A stretch of 64,000 bases of DNA, taken from contig NW_003526944.1 of assembly GCF_000181795.1 (NCBI RefSeq), positions 615,383 to 679,382 on the forward strand, written 5' to 3'. The number at the start of each line of letters is the position of its first letter. Position 1 is the stretch's first letter. The translations under genes were made by a program, and so were the position numbers. Shown in pieces: positions 26,600-40,229 of this stretch. The DNA comes from Trichinella spiralis. Its lineage: Eukaryota. The notes beneath the pieces were generated by a model, which saw only the letters and a program-made list of their open reading frames with translations, was not told the DNA's origin and did not search any database.

Positions 26600-29500
26600 A
26601 AAAGGGGAAACTGTGTGAAATTTCAAAAAAAATTATCGATTGGGATAATATTGTAAATTTGCACATTTACAACTGGCATAATATTGTCTGCGATTATCAA
26701 CAAAGCATTTTATAAATTCGACCGATTTGCAAAACGACGAATTGTTTTTCCTGAATATACAGTAGGACACCTCGACCAATACGAATAAATACCAGGCACT
26801 ATACCATAAATTTGTACTGAATAGCGATTTCATTCAATTTCATAGCAAAAGCATTTAATTTTAAAGGAAGGGTATTGCTTTTTATGATCATTATGGAGAG
26901 TGGAATAGATGAGTGGATACAAAGCGCAGATGAATTGAAATATTCTCATATTTAAAATCAATAAAAAGCAAAATGAATCATGAAACCCATAATAGGGGAG
27001 ACATGAAATGAATTACTTATCTTCTAAGAAAGTAGAAATTTTCAAATCATACGATAGGAAAAGCAGGTGTTAATGAATTTCTCAGAGCAGTATGTAAGGA
27101 GTGAGAATTCAACTGACAGCAAAAACAAGATCAATTAGCAGAAAAGAAATGCATTCGAGAAGAAAAATGTCATATGCGCAAAAGTTGGAAGTCCCTGGTA
27201 CCGATGAAGAAGATTTACACATGATCAACTTTCTCATGTATTACTGTAGGACATGCACCAACATTTGAAACCATTTATTTATCGAATTATAAAATGATTT
27301 CGATGAAACACGTCACAAGAAACTAGAACTCATCTCCCTGAATGCCTAAAAATCAAAAATAGCTTGAATTTTGAAAAAACATTTTTCACCATTTCTCGCA
27401 AAACAACGAAGTCTGTAGCCAACGAAATTTTGATATTTTCTAGAACACTTTTACGAAATTTACTAATATCAGCTTCAGTTCATCAGGAAAATATTCAGAG
27501 CTGATACAAATTTATCCTTAGTCCTCTTCATTGCGTATTACTCGAGATATTGACAAAAAAGTGAAATTTGAAATGTTATTATAAGGAGGATGAAATAAGA
27601 AGGCATAAAAATCATAAGCTTCATAGCTATGAACAATATATTCTTGTGTAAATATTTATGGAGGAGACACGAGAAATGACCACGAAAAACGCTGGCTTAA
27701 TTCAATAGCAATTATTCTTCATTTGCGTTCATAGATTACAGCATTTTTAAAAATTAAAAATATCATTTTTGCAATTTCTGATTAATTACTCTTCAGAGAC
27801 AAAATTAGTCCAAATTGGCGAATTGAAATTCTATTCCCGTGTATTGCATCATTTTTTTTCTTATAAAAATATCAAATTCCAAAACCTTTAATTTCGTCGA
27901 TTTTCTCTAAGCATCCTCGATTGCGGAATATTGAAAAGTTAAATACTAAAAGCTGAAAGCTCATTGTTTAAAATTATCAATAAAGCATTTTATAATTCGC
28001 CGCGCTTTTCGAGAACGACGGAATGAGTTTACAAGAACTTATCATTGGATATGTCGACGAATTCATATAAATTCCACGCATTATCCTATTAATTTGTACT
28101 AATTATTGAATTCATTTAATTTCATACCGTTATCGTATAATTTTTAACCCCACTTTTTACTTTTTATGATCATATGCAGAGTGATACACAACAGTGAATA
28201 CAAAGTGAATATGAAATCAAATATTCACATATTTGGTATCAATCGAAAGCAAAATGAATTATAAAATTGATAATGGCGGTGAAATTCCATAAACTGCTTG
28301 TTTTTTGGGAAGAAAAGAGATCCGAATTATACGATAAGAAAATCAAGTATTAATAAATTTTTGAGAGCAATATGTGAGAATATTCTATTCAACTGTTTGC
28401 TATATGAAGATGATTAAAAAGAAAACTAATTCATTCGAGAAGCAAAATGTTATATGCGCAAGAGTGAGAAGTCCCTGGTTCCGTTGAAAGAGATTTACAT
28501 ATCATCAACTGTTTTATGTATTGCTGTAGCCAATGTACCAATTTCAGAGCCCATATACTTATCAACTGATAAACTGATTTAGCTAAAAGACCGCATAACA
28601 CTAGAACAAATCAATCTCAATCCCTAAAAATGAAAAATAGTTGAAATTTTGAAAATACGTTATTAGCCGTTTTTTGAAAAATAACTAAGTCTGTAGTCCA
28701 TGAAATTTTGAAATTTTCGAGAAGTCATTTATGAAAATTACTAAGATCAGCTTCAATTGATCAGGAAAATATTCAGAGCTGATACAAATTTATACGTACT
28801 CCTCTTCATTGCGTATTCCTCGAGCTATTTGCAAAAAAGTGAAATTTGCAATATGATTATGAGGAGGATGAAATAAGAAGGCACAAAAATCATGAGCTTC
28901 AAAGCTAAGAACAATATATTCTTCTGTAAATATTTATGAAGGAAACACGAAAAATGACCACGAAAAACGCTGGCTTAATTCAATAGCAATTATGCTTTAT
29001 TAGAGTTTACGGTTTACAGTATCTTCAAAAATGAAAAATATCATTTTTGCAATTCTTGATTAATGACTCTTCAGAGATGAAAATTAGTCCAAATTGGCAA
29101 ATGGAAATTCAGTTCTCGTGTATTGCATCAGATTTTCTTCCTCTAAAAACGCCAAATTCCAAAACCCTAAATTTCGTCGATTTTTCCTAAACATCCTCGT
29201 TTGCGGAATATTGAAAATTCAAATACAACAGTCTGGGAGTTCATTGTATAAAATTTTCAATGAAGCATCTTATAATTCGGCGCGCTTTTCGAGAACGACG
29301 GAATGAGTTTACAAGTACTTAAGATGGGATATGTCGACAAATTCCTATAAATTCCACGCAAAAACCTATAATTTGTACTGATTTGTGAATTTATTTAATT
29401 TCATGCAATTAACAATTAATTTTTAACGCCACTTATTACTTTTTATAATCGTTAAGCAGAGTGGTAAACAACAGTGGATACAAAGTGAAGATGAAATCAA

Positions 29501-32240
29501 ATATTCACATATTTGGTGTCAATCAAAAGCAAAATGAAATATAAAATTGATAATGGCGGTGGAATTCCATAAATTGCTTGTTTTCTGAGAAGAGAGATCC
29601 CAATTATACCATACGAAAATTAGATATTAATTAATTATTAAGAGCAATATGTGAGAATATTAAATTCCATTGATTGCCACATGAAGATAATTTAAAAGAC
29701 AATTAAGGAATTCGAGAAGAATAATGTTGTATGCGCGAAAGTGAAAGGTCTCTGGTTCCGTTGAAAAAGATTTACATATGATCAACTTTTTTATGTATTG
29801 CTGTAGACAATGTACCAAATTTATAGGCCATTTATTTCTCAACTGATAAACTGATTTAGCTGAAAGACCACGACTAGAACTCATCAATCTGAATCCCCAA
29901 AAATCAAAAATAGTTGGAATTTTGAAAGAATATTTTTCACAAAACAACCAAATCTGTAGCCCACAAAATTTTGAAATTTTCGAGCAGTCATTTACGATAA
30001 TTACCAATATCAGCTTCAGTTGATCAGGAAAATATTCAGAGCTGATACAAATTTATCCGCAGTCCTCTTCATTGCGTATCACTCGAGATATTGACAAAAA
30101 AGTGAAATTTGAAATGTTATTATAAGGAGGATGAAATAAGAAGGCATAAAAGTCATAATCTTCATAGCAATGAACAATATATTCATCTGTAAATATTTAT
30201 GGAGGAAACACGAAAAACGACCACGAAAAACGCTGGCTTAATTAAATAGCAGTTATTCTTCATTTGCGCTTATAGATTACAGTATTTTAAAAAATTAAAA
30301 ATATCATTTTTGCAATTTTTGATTAATTACTCTTCAGAGACAAAAATTAGTCCAAATTGGCATATTGAAATTCTATTGCCGTGAATTGCTTCAGTTTTTT
30401 TTCTTCTAAAAATGTCAAATTCCAAAACCTTTAATTTCGTCGATTCTCTCTAAGCATCCTCGATGACGGAATATTGAATATTTAAATACTAAAATCTGAA
30501 AGCTCATTGTTTAAAATTATCAATAACGCATTTTATAATTCGGTGCGCTTTTCGAGAACGACGGAATGAGTTTACAAGAACTTATGATGGGATACGTCGA
30601 CAAATTCCTATAAATTCCACGCAAAAACCTATTAATTTGTACTGATTTGTGAATTTATTTAATTTCATACAATTAACATTTAATTTTTAACTCCACTTAT
30701 TACTTCTTATGATCATTATGCGGAATGGTACATAACCGTGAATACAAAGTGAAGATGAAATCAAATATTCATATATTTGGTATCAATCAAAAGCAAAATG
30801 AATTATGAAACCGATAATGGCGGTTATATTCTATGAATTGCTTGTTTTTGTTGAAAGCAGAGATCGGAGGTATACGATAAGAAAAGCAGGTATTAATAAA
30901 TTTTTAAGTGCAATATGTTTTGAAATTCTATTCAACTGATTGCTATTTGAAGAGAATTTAGACGAAAACTGACGCATTCGAGGTGAAAATGTTTTTATGA
31001 ATTAACTGGAAGTCTCTGCTTCCGGAGAAAGAGGTTTTCAGATTGTCAACTTTCCTATGTATTACGGTAGGCACTCTACCAAATTTAGAGGCCATTAATT
31101 CCCCACATACCAAACTGTTTACGATTAAACTCTGCATAACACTAGTACTTTTTTTCTTCTCTTCGTATCCATCAAAAGAAAGATAAGATTTTGAAAATAA
31201 AATTTTGGGTGTTTTCAGAACAACCAAGTATGTAGCCCGTGAAATTTCGAAATTGTCCTGAAAATTTTTTTTCAACGAAAATTAATAATATCATTTGAAT
31301 TCATCAGGAAAATATTTACAACTATTACTAATTTATCCGGACATTTTCTCATTGCGCATTACACGAGGTATTGACAAAAAAGTGATACGTGAAATTTGAT
31401 AAGGGGGATTAAATATAAAGCCATAAAAAATATGGGCTTCATCTTTATGAGCAATGTACCACTGTGTAAACATTTACATAGGAAATTCGAAGAATAACCA
31501 CGAGAAACAGTTGTTTATTTAAATAGAAATTACTCTTCATTTTCGTTTATGTATTACAGTATCTTTAAAATTAAAATTCTCATGTTCGCAAATTTTTGAT
31601 TAATTACTTTTCAGAGATAAAAATTAGTCAAAATTGGCAAATTGAAATTCAATTCTCGTTTATTGAATCAGTTTTTCTCTTCTAAAAATGTCAAATTCCA
31701 TAACCGTGATTTTGTCGATTTTCTCAAGAAATCATCGATTGCGGAATATTCAAAATTTACATACTTAAATGTGGTCCAGTATTGTTTGGAATTATCAGCA
31801 ATGCATTTGATATTTTTTTGCGCTTTTCGATAACGTCGGCATTGATTTTCCTGAACTTATAGTCCTGCACTTCGATGAATTCGAATAAATACCACGCATT
31901 AGCCCATTAATTTGTTCTGCCTTTTAAGCTGGCTTAATTTCATTACATTTGTATTTAATTTTTACTTTTATCTATTAAATTTGCTGCTCATTATGCAGCG
32001 CGGTATTGAACAGTACGTACAAATAGAAAAGAAATTCAAATTACCGACCCTTTGGAATCAATGAAAAGTTAAATGAATTAAAAAGCCAATAATAATGTGG
32101 ATAATCTACTAACTGTTTGTTATTTAACAAAGCAAAGACTTGCAATGTACATGTTCCGATAGGCAGCTATTAATTGTTATTTAACAGCAAGAACTGGGTG
32201 ATTTAATTCAATTGATCACTATAGTAAGTTAAATTAATCG
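26600..32240. repeat. Tandem array of a ~1.27 kb AT-rich non-coding unit (~4.4 copies, eroded edges)
   Basis: Anchor gcatYttataattcg...gagaacgacgg at ~26705, 27985, 29266, 30528, 31803; anchor tcaggaaaatatt at ~27483, 28761, 30024, 31304. Confidence 0.9.
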
Positions 32241-33229
32241 CCCGTATCTTCTTGAACGTGTCACAAATAGATAATTGTTTGGAAGTTGCTTATGATTTAT
32301 TCAAATGCACAATACTCCAACGCTCTCCCTTCATCTAAAATAGTGTTGGGAATTTTATACAGATTATGGCTATCCATGTTCTTATTAGGTCTTTTAAGAG
32401 CTCAGTGATCGACATCGTCAATCAGCAAAGACAAGTCTGAGAAAGAAGAGAATAAGGCAGAAAGAAGAAATGTGGAATAGAAGAAACACGGAGGAAGTTA
32501 ATGCTGTTATAACGTGTATCGCTTTCCTTCACATAGTTCTCACGCATAAGATTCAGGGATTGTCGCGATGGTCCAGTTCGGTCCAAATTTTTACCGCCCT
32601 ATTTTACTAGTCATTGAATAGGCTGTTTTATTGGAACTTCGTGCCATTGTCTTATTGGTGGATTGAAGCAAGCTCAATATAATTCTCGAAAAATAAATAT
32701 TTTTATTACTAATGTTACGTCGCTACTATTAAATTTACGTAATCCCAAATGAAATATTCGAACTAATGAAACGAAAAAATATTACAGCTAATCACAACTG
32801 AAATCCAGAGATGGTTTGAGGTTACTCTTAGATTGGTTCCCAACCTGCCCCTTTCGCTTTGGGATATTTGAGGGGTCTTTTCCCCCTGTACCTCTTTCCC
32901 CCTCCTTCTTAAGTGACTCTTAGAAACAAAATGAGGAAAATATTTATTGGTGAAGGTATTTTCTCAATGATGGAAAAGAATTAACAAATTTGTTTTCATT
33001 ATTCATTTTTAAGGAAGTATGGAACGCTATATAGTTGAATTCTGACATTATCAAGTTGCTAAGGTGAGAATGAACAGCCTTACTCCGTTAACTAGAAATA
33101 GTTCTGTGCAAAAATTGATCAGTTTGAAGTGTCCTCTGATGCAGCAGCAGCATCCTTATGAAAAAGTATTAGTTCTTTGAAATGACAAAAGTTAAAACTG
33201 AACAGCTATTAGAGTCGTAAAAAGTGACC

Positions 33230-33620
33230 ATGATTCACAAAATTTGAAAGTTATCCAAACAGCGGCATAGTGTATGAAAGAAACAAGAAAAAATAAGGAA
33301 AAACCAGCAAATATGCAAAACTTCATACCTGGCTGATGGTACATCGGTGATTAGGAATGAAGCAAACGCAAAGGAGTGAAACTATCCAACTGATGGTCAT
33401 TGTTTGATCGTATCTGAAGTCCAATATTCCCAACGTATATGTGGATGTGAAGCAACGAAATTGAGCAAATTACCTAGCGTAGCACTTAGACGAATACTCT
33501 TCAGCAAATAATTATATATTAATCGCCTGCTCATAATGAATTCATTTTTACATTTAGTTAATTGCTTCCAGATTTGAATGGCACAAAATGCTTTCAGCAA
33601 AATACCCTTACCAGTGTTCA
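33230..33620 (-). repeat. Third, partial copy (C) of the duplicated segment
   Basis: aaaaccagcaaatatgcaaaacttcatacctg (~33301) and ttgcttccagatttgaatggcac (~33562) match B (~24672, ~24928) and the reverse complement of A (~11790-11830, ~11530-11550). Confidence 0.65.
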
Positions 33621-35738
33621 CCATCCAATTACCATAAAGTTACTTTGCTGACGCGTCAATGCACATATGTTTACTCTTCGTGAATTAGGGCACTGAGCTT
33701 GCATGGCTCTTGAAGTTCATCATGGATGATTTGAACACTTATAAACTATAAATGGAAGATTGTTGACTTTGGCTAAATCAGCATCTTAAAGCTTTGATTT
33801 TTCGCTTTCATTAAAGCTTTCGATTGGAATAAAAAGCTAAATAAGAATCACGTACGCCCCAGAAAACAGGCTCACAAAAAATAAATAGAATGAAAGTAAT
33901 TGAAATTTTTTGACAAAAATTTTCATAGTTCAAAAACAATAAATGCTGATAATGAAATTTATGACAAATTCCAGAAATGACTATTCAAGAAGAAATTGGA
34001 TGAGTTTTACTACATACACTGAACAAAGAAATTTGAATCAGTTTTCAAGTAATATTGAACCAGCGGTTTTCAGAAAAATGGAACTTTCTGTTCCAAACAT
34101 TATTCAATGGAGTATTTAATTCAATAAACATGTTTATGTCTTTACATTAAAGAAACTCTTATAAAGAGTAAAATCTGCTACTATTTTCAGTGTTGTAATT
34201 ATTACAGTAGTAGCAAAGATAATCATATCGACTGAAATTTGAATAATATTTGAAAATAAATAATGTTCTTGAATAAATGAATTTTGAACAGCAACTGCTC
34301 AAATATCTTATCAATATCTGTCCACACACAAATATTATAATATATAACACATATAATATATAACATTATTATAAAATTTGCATGATATGTTGTGTTAGTG
34401 ATAAGGCTATAGAGAGGGTTTTACCGTTTCAGCAATAAAGCTTTGTCTGCAATACTTTGGCCGTTGAATTTCATCATTTAAATCAAATAAACGCAACACT
34501 GTTCGCATTTACAAAATATCAGGATCATCTTGCGTAAAAGAAAATATCTAAATAAAAAAGTATCCAGTATTATTATCAGAATCAGGAAATTTTTCAGAAC
34601 GTCACTGGGGTTGATTTTCTGCAAAGCGTGAAAATATCTCGTGAACGGAAAGGAACATCGGGAATTACTTTTATAAAGTGTAAGGATGAAGAGTTGGGTT
34701 CCTGCATGTTAAGGGACCAATTGTATAGGAATAACAAGGCCGGAGCAAACCATCATGCAATCTGACTATACTTTATTTTTCTTTAAAGACAAAAATGCAA
34801 TCTGATATATTGTTCAGAAGAGTTTGGGAAACTGCTAATATTCTAAAAATTGATTGAAGCTGCTAGCTTTACAGTGCAAAAAAAGCAATACCAGCTGATA
34901 CTGCTAAGCAGACAAACTGTAACAACTCCTTTCATCCTGAAGCAATATCAGATGTACTGAAATATCTCACCCATCCAAAGCAGGTAAAATAGTAAAATTT
35001 CACTCACCTTTAAAATGCGGAGAGCAACGAACGGAGTTCAAGTTTCAAGTAGTGTGCAAAGACCAACAGCAATGTTTTCATTTTTCTACATAGAATACAA
35101 AGTATGGTGAACCAGATGTACTTTCTGTCTTCAACTCTGCATCATGTCAGTCGGATTTGCACTTTTCCCAATTATTTTTCTTTTTATGTGTAAAAAAGCG
35201 AACTGTTCAACATTCATCACATGGCAAAAGCTACAGATACTTGATTACAAATACAAATATCTTACAGTCCAGTTATTTTTTTCAATATTGCTTGTTCATT
35301 GCAATTATCAACTGATGTCGTCCACGATGCCGACGGAAACATTGTCGCTATTGTGTAAACAAATTCACCACATCATTTCGAAAAAATTTATAATCAATAT
35401 AATGAGGATAAAACATTTTTACAATCCAAAACTTTCAAACACCTCCCACGGCAGAAATCTGTTAGGTTGTACAAGTAAAATCTTCGACAACAAAGAGGAG
35501 CACAATTTTGCATGCGCATAACTTATCATGAGCAAATTCTGTAACTGAATCCAAATATCAAGTGATGCTCAATTAAATGACAAAAGAAAGAAAGAAAGAA
35601 TGAATGAACGACTGAATGAAATGATCAAAGTAAACTGGAAAACTGTGCTAATAATCAACGAAGTAAAGAAAAACAAAAGCATCACATTTATTTCGTTTCA
35701 TTTCCAATTAAATTACTGTACGCTGAATTATACGTTCA

Positions 35739-37505
35739 TCACAATGTAAAATATTCCCGACGAGTGTTGAAACCGTTGGCTTGCCGCCGTCGCTTCACGT
35801 GAACGTACATGCTAAGCAGATGATATATCGATGGCAAAGAGCACTGCATGAGAGGTATTTGGCAAAGTTGTTGGCAAGCTTCTTCCAAATTACCATTTTC
35901 TAACGCCAGCTGACACATGTTGTGCTTCACCAGACGTTTCAGGCACTCACAAACCTGGTAGCCATCGGTTCGATAATTCAGCCAGTTGAACAAATTGATA
36001 GTGTTGAACATGACGTTCAAGCATCGTATGGCTCGTTGAATTTCGCCTTTGCGAAATGTCGCCGCACTCATGTATAAAACGTTTAAAATGAATTGCACCG
36101 ACGATAAACTGCTAATCTCGTTCAGCAACAAAGCATTGTCGTAGGCAGCCTGATTGTTACCAGTGATCAACGATATATAAGTTAACAAGCACAAGCTGGC
36201 ACATTTAATTTTCAAAATTTCCGCCGGCTTGGACAATTCAAATGTGCACTCGGTTTCAACTGCTTGAACGAAACATTCGCGATAGAACAATTTCGACCAT
36301 TCAGGTCGATCCGTGTCGCAGAGGTAAAGGGCATTTTTTAAAAATTGAACCGCACACCGGTAAGACATGGTCAAATTCTTCTCATTCGTACTGCTACTGT
36401 GCTGACTGTCACTACGAACGAAGCAGCCGATTGTACTGCCAGTGGAAAATTGTAAATCCGAATGAGTACAACAAATCCGAGCGTTCCCGGCCGCGCAACA
36501 TTCCGCCAACCGAAGCCACAGGACGGCATTTCTCCAATAGAACGGAATCAAATCGACAAATCGACGAAAAGCGGCGCTAGCATTGCCCCCGTGAAGCAGT
36601 GTGACGGCCAAATTGTACATCAGACGTCGTTTGGGAACAATGCAATTGGAAAGTGGCAACGACGGCGATTTCTCGAACATCTCGACGGTTCGTTCCATCT
36701 CTGTTCGAGCTGCGGTGAAACTTTTGCTTTGCCACTCCAAGCAACTGCTGTTGTTGGTCATCAGAACCGTATCCCCATTTATTGGATCCTGGCGCAATTT
36801 TCTACCGTACAAAAAGCGCGCTTGGCGAAGCGATTCAAAAGCTGCTTCAGGGAGCGAATTTTCGTAATTTTCCCGAGCTTTCAACATCAACCTCCTCCAC
36901 GAAGAAACATCAGTCACAGTGCCCGCTGTGGACACTTTTCGCCTGTCTTCAAACGACACGCGTATTTTCAGTTCTTCAATCAACGACTTCACTTTTTGCA
37001 CTTCACTTTGGTGCGGATATTTGGCCCCGTTTTCCAGCAAATAGTCGGACAATTTTTGAAGCACAACCGACGCACGCGTGGGGCATCTCAAACGAAGAAG
37101 AATTTCGGCGTTCAACAACGCCGCCCTTGTCCATACGTTGAAAGAAAATGCCAACCCTGACTTCTCAACTATACCACTCAAAAGCTGCAAAGCCCGCTCA
37201 AGCTGACCAATGTGAAAACAGCTTATGGCAAGATTGAAAACCAAAATTTCATGCTCTACTAACCTTTCTTCAACATTATTGCCATCCTTTTGCACCGAGT
37301 GGTGGTAAACTTTTTCCAACAGCCTGTTGTAGTCGTTCATATTGAGAACCCCGAGTCGCAATAACAACAGAGCTTTGTTCATCACAATTAAATATCGAAA
37401 CCGAAAACTGTGCGTAAACTGTTCCAGTTCTTTCAAACAATCTCGATATTTTCCAGCTTTATAAGCTACTTCGTATGAAACTGTCATATTTTCACCACCT
37501 TCCAT
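35739..37505 (-). CDS. CNOT10: CCR4-NOT transcription complex subunit 10-like TPR protein, 588 aa, intronless CDS
   Basis: YNLAVTLLHGGNASAAFRRF...YWRNAVLWLRLAECC matches the CNOT10 signature (YN.G..LL..G.P..AF......Y..NP.LWLRLAECC); N-terminal TPR-like helices (FNLAISCFHIGQLERALQLL). Probable 5' UTR intron 37510-37624. Confidence 0.8.
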   Translation of the reverse strand: MEGGENMTVSYEVAYKAGKYRDCLKELEQFTHSFRFRYLIVMNKALLLLRLGVLNMNDYNRLLEKVYHHSVQKDGNNVEERLVEHEILVFNLAISCFHIGQLERALQLLSGIVEKSGLAFSFNVWTRAALLNAEILLRLRCPTRASVVLQKLSDYLLENGAKYPHQSEVQKVKSLIEELKIRVSFEDRRKVSTAGTVTDVSSWRRLMLKARENYENSLPEAAFESLRQARFLYGRKLRQDPINGDTVLMTNNSSCLEWQSKSFTAARTEMERTVEMFEKSPSLPLSNCIVPKRRLMYNLAVTLLHGGNASAAFRRFVDLIPFYWRNAVLWLRLAECCAAGNARICCTHSDLQFSTGSTIGCFVRSDSQHSSSTNEKNLTMSYRCAVQFLKNALYLCDTDRPEWSKLFYRECFVQAVETECTFELSKPAEILKIKCASLCLLTYISLITGNNQAAYDNALLLNEISSLSSVQFILNVLYMSAATFRKGEIQRAIRCLNVMFNTINLFNWLNYRTDGYQVCECLKRLVKHNMCQLALENGNLEEACQQLCQIPLMQCSLPSIYHLLSMYVHVKRRRQANGFNTRREYFTL

Positions 37506-39507
37506 GACACTGTAAAAATTTAATTTTCATTCAGAAAATCAGCTAACATCAGTAAAACATAAATCATTTCAAATTTGCACCTACAACTCAATTCAATGAA
37601 ATAAAACTCAACAGTCACACTTACGTTGCTATTTATCTTTTGCCTACCTTTTGCATAAATCAAATCATTAAATTCATCCAACCGGCAACCATCGTAAATC
37701 ATTAAATTAATACAGTATGAGTATGAGAAATGCAAGATTTATTCTGCATTACTGTACTGCGATTGCATCGCATAAATAATTGAAAAAATTTAATTAAAAA
37801 ACTAATAAGAAATCCATATTTAATTTCAATTTATCTTCAGTTATTAAGGTGTACCATTTTGATGAGTAAAAAAACATTTTTTCAAGATTACTGAATACTC
37901 CCACTCAAATGTTTATATGGGTATGAATAATGTGGTTGAATAGAAAATTCCAAGATCAGATATAAAACATTCCACGTCTTTTTAAAATTTTTACATTAAT
38001 TTTTTGATTGAATTACACAGAAATTGATGAAGATATAAAATAATTGTTTGTACATAAAGTGGCAATTGAAAATAAATATAATAATTATGTTTTGCACAAG
38101 AAAAAATTTTTCAAATGAAAAATTAATTTGGTGATTAGAGAACAACAACAGTGATTGTAGCTACACTTTCGTAATACGACGTAGGGTTAAATAAATAATA
38201 AGTTTAGCTAATCGATATGACAAAATTTTCGATGACGAGTAGAATTTTACTGAAAAGAGAAGATGCCGTTTCTTGTCAATATTGAAATTCAAAAGTCAAA
38301 ATAGAAATTAAATTTTCATTCCCTCGTTCTTCCATGCTCATTTCAATTTGAACAATCAGCTAAACCCTGAAAGATTCACAAGTGAGCAACAATTTGATTG
38401 AACTAACTGCTAATTAAAATCATTTGCTCGATGTCAATGAATAGATGCAAAGTTATAAAAATTAAATTAAAATTGTTTTATTAATAATAATAAAATGAAG
38501 AAGACATATTATTAATTAATATCTTCATAAGCATTTTTTACTTACTTTTATCGCATATAGAAATTGATTTGTTAAACTGTTCAAACATTAATACTTCAAG
38601 TTTCCGTTTATTAAATTGACGTGTTTATGAGTAAATAAACACTCACAGTTCAAATTCAATGGCTGATATCACAAGAAAAGCCCATATATTTAAACTAGAA
38701 ACGATTAATATTATTCATTTTTTTGCTAAATAATTGCAAAACAAATATCAAGTACACAGCATGGTAAAAATCCCCTTGACTCAAGCAATGATTCATATTT
38801 ACGTATTTGTTTAGCTAGTTTACGTTGAATGGGATGCAATAATGAATATTATTATAATGAAGCTTTCAAATAAAAACAGTCATGTGAAAAAGTTCTATCA
38901 CTTATTCCAGCTGATATGGTTTGCATTGTTCCAACACGCACAATAATTAGCAATCACAATGTAGAGCAGAGCATCAAAAAACAGAGTTTCATTTTATATT
39001 CCTTTTGATAATTTATTTTGAAATTTTATTAAAAGTTCTATTTTTGAAATTTACATTTTCCATTAAAAAAGCGTTCAGTATGAAAACAGTTACAAGTGAA
39101 TAATAATTTCAAATGAAAATTTTCCAATAAGAATACTTTGCATATTTATGTGAAAAAATTATCCACTTTCAACAGCATTTCAAAATGTCATATGTCTGTC
39201 TAAAATGAATTAATTCCTTTTATTAAAAAATGGAATATTCAATCGCAGGTAAACAATAAATATGCCACCACAATGCAGTTGATATAACAGTTTGTTCAAT
39301 TCATTATTGTATTTTGTTAAGTGAGTCACAACATACGACATCATCATGAATATAATCAAAAAATATTCTAACCAAATAATAATTCCTGACACGACATGCA
39401 AGTTGTGCAACAATGATATTTCTAACACGTACATGCACACAAGGATATATATATATATATAATAAACGACAGTTCTTTCATTCTTTCTTCACAATTGCAA
39501 ATAAAAA

Positions 39508-40229
39508 ATGATTAATTATCAGTTGCTTCATTTGCTTTTTATTTTCCTATTCATCCAAATAGCATATTCATGTTCTCCGAAATTTGGACTGGTAAATTTT
39601 ATTAACCAAAGTTATGTTTAATAATTATCAATAAGTATGTCAGTGTGTGTATTGAGTTCCTGAGCTAGGACGTAGCTTGGAAGTAGAAGAATAAGTTGTA
39701 CAATTATTGTTATATTGTTACAATGTTGACTTTGCATAGCAAAGGGACCAGTCGGCGAAGAAAGCTTTGGAAAAGGTGATGCGCACTTGCAGAACAAGAA
39801 CATGCAAAAACGAACTTAGCGCGCTTGGGAAATACAACGCTGAAAGTGAATCAAAAGACGACGAAAGCAGTGAACAGTGGAACACTTATCAAACGTGCGT
39901 TGAGGATTGCTGGAATTCTTCAGTAAGTAAAATTTCATTTCATAATTTTATAAATTTTCAGGATTTTAACACTATGCAAATGCTTTATGCTAAAAGTTGT
40001 AGACTTAAAAAGCAACTCGTGGAATTCAGATTTGTATTCAAATATTCTAGGCTATGCTTTTTCACATTTCACATTATATTATTTTATCGAAACAATAGAT
40101 CGACAAGTGCTGAATAATTTTTTTCAGAAAACTGTCCAGAAAAATGAGGATGCTGCGGATAAGTTTCTCGAAGAAAACAATTTCACAGTAAAAGATGCCA
40201 TTGAACTCTACAATAAGCTCAATCCGTAG
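39508..40229 (+). CDS. Small secreted Cys-containing protein of unknown family
   Basis: Exon 39508-39591 encodes signal peptide MINYQLLHLLFIFLFIQIAYS-CSPKFGL; exon 39740-39922 continues in frame (QRDQSAKK...CRTRTCK...CVEDCWNSS); phase-0 last exon 40128-40229 ends LYNKLNP*. Possible extra exon 39962-40033. Confidence 0.65.

Noticed and set aside
32344..32533. TG...CA bounded segment resembling a solo LTR
   Set aside because: Terminal inverted repeat is weak, with no clean target-site duplication and no second copy in the window.
37506..37520. Acceptor just upstream of the CNOT10 ATG as a trans-splice site
   Set aside because: A good GTAAGT donor at 37624 explains it as a cis 5' UTR intron.
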